Source: Mobula hypostoma
Lineage: Eukaryota
NCBI RefSeq assembly: GCF_963921235.1
Contig: NC_086097.1
Location: 156,552,001 to 156,616,000, forward strand
DNA: 64,000 nucleotides
Reading direction: 5' to 3'
Part shown: one piece after another, positions 1-9,961 of the stretch
Layout: the number at the start of each line of letters is the position of its first letter
Numbering within the stretch: the stretch's first letter is position 1
Made by a program: the position numbers and the translations under genes
Notes under the pieces: model-generated
Databases searched by the model: none
What the model was told of the DNA's origin: nothing
Seen by the model: only the letters and a program-made list of their open reading frames with translations

Positions 1-495
1 TAAATAAGAGGAGGTATCCGCGAGTTGTCGCTGTGCCTCGGCAAGGTAGAGGTCAGTACGCCAGACTACAACAGCACCCCCCTTATCGGCGGGTTTAATA
101 ATAAGGTTAGGATTAGTGCGGAGGGAGAGGAGAGCAGAGCGTTCCGAAGGAGTGAGGTTGGAATGGGAACAAGGTGTGGTGAAGTCGAGACGGTTGATGT
201 CCCATTGGCAGTTAGCAATAAAGAGATCCAGAGCAGGCAGAAGACCAGAGCGGGGTGTCCATGAAGAAGAGGAGGGTTGAAGACTGGAGAAGGGGTCATC
301 AGTGGGGGTGGAAGAGTCCTTGCTGAAGAAGTAGGGATGGGAGAAGGGGTCATCGGTGGGGGTGAAAGAGTCCTTGCCGAAGAAGTAGGACGGGAGAAGG
401 GGTCATCGGTGGGGGTGGAAGAGTCCTTGCCGAAGAAGTAGGACGGGAGAAGGGGTCATCGGTGGGGGTGGAAGAGTCCTTGCAGAAGAAGTAGG
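1..495 (-). mobile_element. Penelope-like element (PLE), 5'-truncated, RT N-terminal region; continues beyond the left edge
   Basis: Minus-strand translation reads DDPFSSLQPSSSSWTPRSG...LRTNPNLIIKPADKGGAVVVWRTDLYLAEAQRQL, containing the PLE IKPADKG motif. Confidence 0.88.
287..495. repeat. About 4 tandem copies of a 53-54 bp unit at the PLE 5' truncation point
   Basis: Unit GAGAAGGGGTCATCGGTGGGGGTGGAAGAGTCCTTGCCGAAGAAGTAGGACGG starts at 287, 341, 394 and 447. Confidence 0.95.
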
Positions 496-1620
496 TGAAG
501 AAGCTGTTCCTGAATTGCTGAGTGTGTGTGACTTAAGGCTTCTGTAACACACATAGTAATACGCAGGAATTTAAAGTTGCTAACCTTCTCCAATTCTGAT
601 CCTCCAATAAGAACTGGCTCACGAACAGACCTTTGGTTTCCTTCCCCTGAAGTTTATGATCAGTTCCTTGGACTTGCTGTCATTGAGTGAAAGATTGTTG
701 TTACACCACCCAGCTTAATTTTCAGTCTCCCTCCTGTATGCTGATTCATCACCACCTTCGATACAGCCTGCAACAGTCGTGTCAAAGTTGAATATGGAAC
801 TGTGCTTAGTCACCCGGTCATGGGTGTAAAATGAGTAGAGCAGGGAGCTAAGCACACAGCACTGCAGCGTGCCTGTGCTGATGGAGAATGTGGACGAGAT
901 GCTTTTGCCAATCTGAACTGAATGGGGTCTACAAGTCAGGAATTCCAGGATCCAATTGCACAAGGATGTAACGGGCCAAGGTTTTGCAGCTTATTGATTA
1001 GTTTTGAGGGGATTATGGTATTAAATGCTGCACTGTAATCGATAAAGAGCATTCTGGCATTCTGATGTATGCATGTTTGCTATCCAGATGTTTTAGGGTT
1101 GTGGTGAAGAGCCAGTGAGATGGCTTCTGCTGTGGACCTAGTGACCTGGTAAGCAATTTGGAGCAGATCCAAGTCACCTCTCAAGCAGGAGCTGATGTGT
1201 TTCATCACCAGCCTCTCAAAACACTTCATCACTGTGGATGTAATTGCATCTGGGTGATAGTCACTGAGGCAGCTCACCATACTGTTGTTAGGCACCAATA
1301 AATTTGAAGCCTGTTTGAAGCAGGTGGCACCACGCACGACCGAAGAGAAAGGTTAAAGACACCAGTGAACAGAGCAGCCAGTTGGTCAGTACATTTATTT
1401 CGTATGTAGCCAGGCGCCCGATTCAGTCTGGTTGGTTTCCGTGGATTCACCCCCCCGAACGTAGCCGGCACACCAACCTGAGATACTGCAATCAAAGGGT
1501 CATCATGAAATGTGCGGCTCGTGATGGTTCCTCCATGTTCTGATGGTCAAAGTGAGCATAGAAGACATTGTGCTCATCTGGAAGCAAAGCCCTGCTGTAC
1601 CTCATGTTGCTTGATTTAAC
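496..1620 (-). mobile_element. Rex/Babar-type LINE fragment, degraded RT
   Basis: Minus-strand ORFs [12 protein letters not shown]...[22 protein letters not shown] and TSTVMKCFERLVMKHI are typical Rex1/Babar RT segments. Confidence 0.8.
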
Positions 1621-3419
1621 ATGGAGGTAGTCTAGTTGAAGTTCTAATCACAGTGGCAATTCCCAAGTTATTGATACTGTGGACTCATTAATGGTATTGA
1701 CACAGAATATAGAAGGTAAAAAGTTTGATTATCTCTTGTTAAAAATGATCATTGCCTTAAGCCTTTTCAGAAAATATTCTTCTTACACCTTTTCAGCTCA
1801 TGTTGACTGCTTAACATTCCTCTTATTGGTGTGTTGAGTAGTCACAGATCTAGAAAAAAATAGTCAGCCATTCAAGATTGAGCTGACAACAGTTTTGTTC
1901 ACCTAAAGAATAGTAGTGGAAGTTCATTGCTAGCAAATATCAAGACAAAAATCTATAACTGACCAGAATTTATCTGGCTCTAGTAAATCTCTTAATTCAT
2001 GTATAACTGGCTGTGACTTGGCATGACCTCCTCTAAAAGGAAGTAATTGTTCTCGATTTTCATATTATTTGTCCAGGTCAAGTTTCTCCCTTGCAATTTA
2101 TCTGCATAGAAGGTTAGTGAAGGATTAAAATATATCTTGGTATTTGATGAACTGTACACATAAAAGCTCTGAATTGCTAGCTTTTTATATTTAAATCAGA
2201 GGAAAGTGAAAACAACAAATTAAATAACTTTACTTAAGGATTTTAGCTGAATATTACTGATAATGGAATGATATCCCGGTCTGAAATATATATAATTATG
2301 ATTGAAGGAATTCTTTATGCCAAATTATTTAGCTGTTATTTTAGTTGAATTCTTTCCTTTTCTTTTTGATATTTGATGTCTAATGATTATTGTTTATTTT
2401 CAAATCATTTTATATTAATAACTAATATCATTGAACTCTCTATTAAGTATTTTTTTAAAATCTTGTATCCTTCCATAAATTGATTTTATGGTACTCTTCA
2501 TGCCCAAAGTAATTCTCATGACTTTTAAATTATGACTAATTCAGCTTTTTACACTTCACTATTACTCACTTCAGATATTATACAGGAATAGCCATTTAGG
2601 TCAATATGTCGCTGTGGGTATTCCATTCAATGCTTCTCAGAATAACCTGATCTGCATATTCTTCTATTCTTTTCTACTTTATGCACCATAAAGACAGCAA
2701 GGGAATTGCTTCTTGTAGCAGAATTCCAATAACTCCAATTATCTGGAGGATCGCATATACAAAATGCTGAAGGAACTCAGTAGGTCTGGCAGTCTGGAAC
2801 CACCAAAGCCAAATGAACAGTTTTACTGTAACACATGGGTTCATGGACCATTTATAAATCTGATGGTGGAGGTGAAGAAGCCGTTCCTGAACTGTTGAGT
2901 ATAGGTCAAGAAGCACATACCAGTCCAGGCTTATTGATGTCGGTGTCCTGAGACACAATCTCTTGAAAATTTCCTCAATGGTAGAAGGTTTTGACCCAAA
3001 ATGACGTTAATTCCTTCCCCCCACAGATGTTGTTCAATCTGCTGCATTTCTTCGCAGATTGTTGCCCTAGATTCCAGTATCTACTGTCTCCTGTTTTTAT
3101 TAACATGTTACTGGATTTATCTTTGACTAACTTTTTATTAAAGCTTCTGACTACCCATAGATAAAAAAGCATCTTCTCTATATCTCAAGTGTTAAACCAA
3201 TTCATAATTTGAAAAACTTCACCTGTCTTTTCTTTCCAATAGAAAGAACATCAAACCATTTAACCATTTTCCTAATGGTTAAAACTTCTCACCTCTGATA
3301 ACAGCCTTTTAAATCAGTTGCTTATATTTGTCCAGTAAAGCTATATAATTATCCTAAGTTTAACTTCTCTGATCAAGTTGTCTAACTAAGTCATCTGTTT
3401 CCATGAAGACACAAAAGAA

Positions 3420-4090
3420 TGGAGTGCTGTCAACAGTTTTGGGCTCCGTATCTCAGAAAGGATGTGTTGTCATTGGAGAGTCCAGAGGAGGTTCATGAGG
3501 ATGATTCCAGGAATGAAGGGGTTAACATATGAGGAGTATTTGGCAGCTTTGGCCCTGTACTCACTGGAATTGGGACTTGTATTTGTTGAAGGTGTAGCTA
3601 TTGCCTTGACACATTGTAAATCCATTGACTGGGATGTATTTTAGCATTGGCAAAGTGAAAGAGCAGCCAACATATGAAGGTAGAAAAAAAAGGCATCTGA
3701 AAATGGAACACCATTATTTGGAATTCAGCCTTAAGTAAGTTCTACAATGAATAGGATGTGTTTTGGTGGCAGAGTACAAATACTCTGGAAAATAAGAGAG
3801 AAACAGAAGAATTTAGGAGTTCATATCAGAAGAACATAAACACAGGAATGCAGATTAATAATGCTATAAAATATGTAAAGTAGACATATTCATTTTTCAA
3901 TGTGTTAGACTGAAAACCATGAAACAGGTTGGGGGGGAGGGGGTATCTCATGGAAATCTACCAAATATTGAAAGGATAGACTGGACATGAAGAGGATGTT
4001 TCCTATGATGGGATCTGGGATCAGCCATGATGGAATGGCAGAGCAGACTCAATGGCTGACTGGCCTAACTTTGCTCCTATGTATAATAGT
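3420..4090 (+). mobile_element. Degraded CR1 LINE 3' fragments (about 3420-3570 and 3925-4090)
   Basis: RVQRRFMRMIPGMKGLTYEE motif and the CR1 3'UTR GATCAGCCATGATGGAATGGC...GCTCCTATG. Confidence 0.65.
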
Positions 4091-4329
4091 GGTATAGACT
4101 GCAGAGTCTGGAATATGGAGCAATGCATAGAAAGCTGAATGAACACAGCAGGTCAAGAAGCATCAACTTGCATCCCTGATTTCAGTTTTACACATCAAAA
4201 AAGAATATGTTTGCCAATGCTTTAATACATCCTAGTGTATAGATTTACAATATGTCAAAGCATTAGGTACAATTGCAACAAATAAGCTATGATTGGTTTT
4301 AGAACTTCAGACAGTGTACTTTATTATAT

Positions 4330-5700
4330 TACAAAACACACAAAATGCTGGAGGAACTCAGCAGGTCAGGCAGCATCTACGGAAATGAACAAATAGTCGA
4401 CGTCTCAGGCTGAGACCGTTTATTAGTTCTGGAAAGGAAGGGGGACCATGGGAGAAAGGGAAGAGGAGGAGCACAAGGAGAAGGTGATGGGCAGGTGAGG
4501 AAAAGAAGTAAGAGGCCAGAGTGAGAAGTAGAAGAGAGAAGGGGGAGGGGAAATTTTACCAGAAGAAGAAATTGATGTTCATGCCACTAGTTTGGAAGTT
4601 TCCCCGGTGGAATATGAGGTGTTGTTCCTCGACCCTGAGAGTGGCCTCATCATGGCAAAAGACAAGGCAATGGACTGACGTGCTGGGATGGGAATGGGAA
4701 TTGGTGAAGTGTTGCCTCGGCTGATGGCATTGTTTGAGGCCCTGAGTGGAGGTAAGGGAAGAGGTAAATAAGCAGATATACTTATTTATTAAAGGACTGA
4801 GGTCCTTTAACATCTGTCGGACGATGCTGAGGATGTTCTACGAGTCTGTGGTGGCCAGTGCGATCATGTTTGCTGTTGTGTGCTGGGGCAGCAGGCTGAG
4901 GGTAGCAGACACCAACAGAATCAACAACCTCATTCGTAAGGCCAGTGATGTTGTGGGGATGGAACTGGACTCTCTGACGGTGGTGTCTGAAAAGAGGATT
5001 CTGTCCAAGTTGCATGCCATCTTGAACAATGTCTCCCATCCACTACATAATGTACTGGTTGGGTGCAGGAGTACATTCAGCCAGAGACTCATTCCACCGA
5101 GATGCAACACAGAGCGTCATAGGAAGTCGTTCCTGCCTGTGGCCATCAAACTTTACAACTCCTCCCTTGGAGGGTCAGACACCCTGAGCCAATAGGCTGG
5201 TCCTGGACTTATTTCCTGGCATAATTTACATATTACTATTTAATTATTTATGGTGCAACTGTAGCGAAAACCAATTTCCCCCGGGATCAATAAAGTATGA
5301 CAATGACTATGACTATGACTATACAATTTTGGTCTCTTGCAGAGTTATGTGCCGGGAGGGAACATAGTGGGGAACGACGAATGGACAAGAAAGTCATGGA
5401 GGGAGAGTTCCCTGCAGAAAGTGGAGAGTGGGGGTGGGGAGAGGTAAAGATGTGTTTGGTGGTAGGATCCCTTTGAAGGTGATGGAACTTGTGTAATGTG
5501 TGTTGAATGTGGAGGCTCATAATAGTTGAGAACAAAAGGAACTCTATCCCTGTTAAAGCAGCAGGAAGATGGGTTGAGCATGGATGTCTGGAAACTGGAG
5601 GAGATGTGAATGAAGGCAGCATCAATGGTGGAAGAAGGGAAACCCCATTTTTTGAAGAAGGAGGATATCTTTGGTGTCTTATAAAGGAAAGCCTCATCCC
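4330..5700 (-). mobile_element. Penelope-like element 3' half, interrupted by a Rex fragment
   Basis: Minus-strand HDEATLRVEEQHLIFHRGNFQTSGMNINF matches the C-terminus of the PLE ORF at 41789-43345; a decayed pseudo-LTR lies at 4330-4550. Confidence 0.8.
4790..5322 (+). mobile_element. Rex/Babar LINE 3' end with (ATGACT)n tail, young
   Basis: ORF end LRSFNICRTMLRMFYESVVASAIMFAVVCWG...RKSFLPVAIKLYN, followed by AATAAA and a microsatellite tail; same family as 26643-27062. Confidence 0.88.
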
Positions 5701-7628
5701 ACGGCTTATTCTATTTCTGCTTGCACCTAACATTTAACTAGCTTTTGCCCCATCTGGGTTATCATTGTACCAAGGCCAAATTCCCACTTTGTGTTTTCTT
5801 CTCTGAAGCTACATTGCTGTAGTTCTGTTATAAGAGAAAAGATAATTAATTCAAGTCATAATTAGAAAATTTTACTGAAATGGAATGCCACAGCAATAAG
5901 ATCAGTGCTTCATAATGGAAATATATTTCTCCTCCCACTATAATCATGTCCTTTAAAGTGATGTTTTATATAAAAAAAAGCTGAGAATTTATTGATTAAA
6001 ATATACTGACATTCAGAATAACTGCATTTTTGTGAAATATTTAACGGGTACTGAATGCAAAATAATGGAATGTCTGGAGGATTGTTACTTATAATAAATA
6101 TGTTATAATAAAAAGCCCAGTAATTAATGCACTTCCTGCCTCTTTTCTGGCTCTGTGCATGCGATAGGCTTATTTATAATGATATGAATTTATAAACTAT
6201 TCATTGGCTGTCACTCTCTTTTCTGAGTTGCATTTGCCATTCTCTTTGGATTCTTTGTTCAGGACAAATAATTGATCCTTACCACGATCTGTCTCTCACG
6301 TACACCAGATTAAAAATAATCTTATACTGTTTATACATCCTGAACTTCCATGTATCATTTTAAACTGCAAAGTACTATAGTAATGATCTTGATGCAAAAA
6401 ATACAAAATACTGCAGATGATGTGTTAGAAGCACCTATCAGCAGAATGAGGAAAAATGTGATTAGCATTAGATTTCAGCAACCTTGTAATTGTTGAGATA
6501 GGACATTAATTCCACCCATCCTCTCTCCTCAGGAGATAACTGTTTTTCATAATTTTTTATTTCATTTACTTCAATGATGATCCTGAATATTTTTGAGTTT
6601 TAAACTCACATCCCCATATTAGACAAAAAAACTATAAGACATAGGAACAGAATTAGGCCATTCAGCCCATTGAGTCTGCTCTGCCATTTCATCATTGCTG
6701 ATCCCAGATCCCACTCAACTCCATACACTTGCCTCCATGCCATATCCTTTTATGCCCTGACCGATCAGGAAACGGCCAACTCCACCTTAAGTATACCCAC
6801 GGACATGACCTCCACCGCAGTCTGTGGCAGATCATTCCACAGAATCACTACTCCCTGGCTAAAAAAATCCCTCCTAAACTCTTTTCTAAAAGGTCACCCC
6901 TCAATAGCGAGGCTGTGCCCTCTAGTTCTGGATATCCCCACCTTAGGAAACATCCTTTCCACATCCACCCTATCTAGTCTTGTCAACATTCAGTAGGCGT
7001 CAATAAGATCCCCACACATTCTTCTAAATTCCAGCGAGTACAGACCCAAAGCTGCAAACATTCCTCATATGTTAACCCCTTCTTTCCCGGAATGATCCTC
7101 GTGAACCTCCTCTCAGCTCTCTCTGATGAGAACACATTCTTTATGAGATATGGGGCCCAAAGCTGTTGACAATTCTCCAAGTGCAGCTTGACTTGGGTCT
7201 TATAAAGGCTCAGCATTATCTCTGTTCTTTTATATTCTATTTCCCTTGAAATAAATGCCAACATTGCATTTTCCTTCTTCACCACAGACTCAACCTGTAA
7301 ATTAATCTTCTGGGAGAGTTGCACAAGCACTCCTAAGTCCCTTTGCATCTCTGATTTTGAAACTTCTCCCCATTTAAATAATAGTCTGCACTATAATTCC
7401 CTTTACCAAAACGCATTTTCAAACTTTTCTGAGCACAGTATTCCATCTGCCCCTTTTTTGCTCATTCTTCCAATTTGTCTAAATCCTGCTGCAAATGCAT
7501 TGCTTCCTCAGCACTACCTACCACATCATCTATCTTTGTATCTTTCCTATAACACCATAGGATTTTATCTTGTTAAGCAGCCTCATGTGTGACACCTTAT
7601 TAAATGCCTTTTGAAAATCTAAGTAAAT

Positions 7629-7977
7629 ACCTTATACTTTATACGTTATTTTCACCAAACAATTGGTACCAGAATGTACAATCATCACAGCGATATTTGA
7701 TTCTGCGCTTCCCACTCCCTGGATTACAAATATTAAATATTAAAAATATTTAAAATAGTAAAAAATGGTAAATATTAAAAATTTAAATTATAAATCATAA
7801 ATAGTAAATAGAAAAATGGCAAGTAAGGTCGTGCAAAAAATCCGAGAGGCAGGTCCAGATATTTGGAGGGTACGGCCCAGATCTGGGTCATAATCCGTGC
7901 AACAGTCTTATCACAGTTGGAAAGAAGATGTTCCCAAATCTGGCCATACGAGTCTTCAAGCTCCTGAGCCTTCTCTT
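7629..7977 (-). mobile_element. Rex/Babar LINE 3' end inserted in the CR1
   Basis: Minus strand reads RRLRSLKTRMARFGNIFFPTVIRL, then an AT-rich UTR and TAAAGTA-like tail; TAAAT is duplicated at 7624-7628 and 7978-7982. Confidence 0.75.
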
Positions 7978-8236
7978 TAAATGACATCCACTGACTATCT
8001 TTAGTCCACCCTGCTTGTTACTTCTTCGATGCACTCTAACAGATTTGTCAGGCAAGATGTTCCTTCACAGAAACCATGCTGACTTTGACTTATTTTATCA
8101 TTAGTCTCCAAGTACCCTGAAACTTTATCCTTAATAATAGACTCCAACATTTCCCCAACCACCATGGTTAGGCTAACTTGCCTATAATTTCCTTTCTTTT
8201 GTCTTCTTCCCTTTTTAAAGAGATGAATGGGGGGGG

Positions 8237-8572
8237 CGTCACGTGATGACGTGGGATTGAGACGTGTAAATTCAGCTCTCCCGCAACAAATCAGTAAAGT
8301 ACCGTTTAAATAAAACAAAGTTGGTAAATATTTTTTGAAAACTATTTATAAACTTTGTAAGACTACTTTATAGTATGCCTCCTAAACCGCAACAAAAGAA
8401 GTCTGCTGTTGCGAAGCAGCCGCGAGACGGGAAGAAAAAAGGGCCTACTGCAACGATGGAGCCTCGGACTCAGGTTGGATCTCCTTCGGTAGAACAGGGA
8501 GCAGTGGCGGTGGCAGAGGTTGCTCCGAAGAAGACAACGGAATTGCGCATGCGCAAAGAAGAGCGCATGCGC
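8237..8572 (+). promoter_or_regulatory. Putative L1 internal promoter motifs (CRE half-sites/E-box; two NRF1-type palindromes)
   Basis: CGTCACGTGATGACG at 8237-8251; TTGCGCATGCGCAA at 8543-8556; GCGCATGCGC at 8563-8572. Confidence 0.45.
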
Positions 8573-9496
8573 AAATCGACACAACGCAAACTACAAGAAC
8601 CGACACCCACTGCAATTGAAAATGACTCAGAGTCAGAACTGGATTCTGCAGAGAACACAGATGAAGAAGAGGAGGAAGAATTGGAAGCGAGTGGAAGTAA
8701 AGGAGATGATAGAGACATAAGAGAGGCTGTATTGCGATCAATGGCTGAATTAAAGAAAGTAAAAGAAGAGCTTAGAGATACGAAGAGATGCTATAATAAA
8801 GTTATGGAAAGACAGGACAAAATGGAAAAGAAGCTTCAGAAGATGGAAAGAGAAATGGGGCTTATGAATGATAGAGTGGAAAAAACAGAAAATGATTTGC
8901 TTGTCTGGAACTCGGAAAGAAACCGACTCTTGGAGAAAGTGGACATGTTGGAAAATTTCAGTAGACGTAATAATATAAAAATTGTTGGTCTTGCAGAAGG
9001 TATGGAAGGAGATAAGCCAATAGAATTTTTTCAAAGATGGATCCCAGAGGTTTTGCAAATGGGAGAGGAGGCCCGATCAATTGAAACTGAGCGGGCACAT
9101 AGAGCTTTAAGACCAAAACCAAAAGATGACCAATATCCACGATCGATTTTAATAAAATTCTTAAGATTTCAAGACAAGGAAAGGATTCTACAGGCGGCTG
9201 TTCGAGCTGCCAAAGATAGAAAAGGGCCATTGATAATTAAAGGGAAAAGAGTTTTTTTCTACCCTGATATAAATTACGAACTTTTGAAGAAAAGGAAGAA
9301 GTTTAATCCAGTGAAAAAAACCGTATAGGAGCATGGTTATCAATTTATACTGCGTTATCCTGCAACTTTGAAGATTTTTTTGTCTGGTGGAGAAAAAAGA
9401 TTTTTTGATGACTACCAGAAAGCAGAGCAGTTTGTGCAAGATTCTCTGAATATTCACCAGATACAAGAACAAACTCAGGAGAGGGAGATAGATTGA
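8375..9496 (+). pseudogene. L1 ORF1p (coiled coil, RRM, CTD) with a premature TAG at 9326-9328
   Basis: LENFSRRNNIKIVGLAEG, ERAHRAL and PRSILIKF motifs; the frame continues past the TAG as EHGYQFILRYPATLKIF... to TGA at 9494-9496. Confidence 0.92.
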
Positions 9497-9961
9497 AGAT
9501 GAAGATTGGGTTTAAGAATGGATTTGTTGGATTTTTGAAGCTGGATGAATGTATAAATATAGTATTAATTATATGAGGGGGATAAGAAAGGTTAGTACTG
9601 GAGGAAATTAGCTGGGAATAATAATACTAATTTTGTTTATATATATATAACTTTTTTTTTGTTGCGGGGGAGCTGGAAGAAGCACTGATCGATTGCTACG
9701 TTAATCATGTGTGCAAGCGTGGCTTTTGCCACGACCCGTAAAATGGAAGGGGGTAGTGTTGTGTATCTTTTCATTCACAACATTAGTGGGGGGGTATTTT
9801 GTTTTTTCTTTTTTTTTCTATCTTTTTTTTCTCTTTTTGCCTGGAAGGTTGGGGGGGGGGAACACATAGCATCATGGTGAAGTTTAAAGTGATTCCCCAA
9901 GGAACTATGAGAGTTGAGAAGATAAGTAATATTTTAGATTGGAGTAACTTTGTTAAGAATA

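Noticed and set aside
287..495. Tandem array as a CRISPR-like locus
   Set aside because: There are no unique spacers; the units are contiguous PLE coding sequence in a eukaryotic context.
4393..4432. Additional hammerhead copies (also about 23872-23910 and 56782-56818)
   Set aside because: The core boxes are mutated (e.g. CTAATAA, CTGGTGA, AAAA), so they are predicted to be inactive remnants.
9672..9735. L1 spacer junction as a hammerhead ribozyme
   Set aside because: CTGGAAGA and CTGATCGA only resemble CUGANGA, and the GAAA and UH elements are missing at the required positions.
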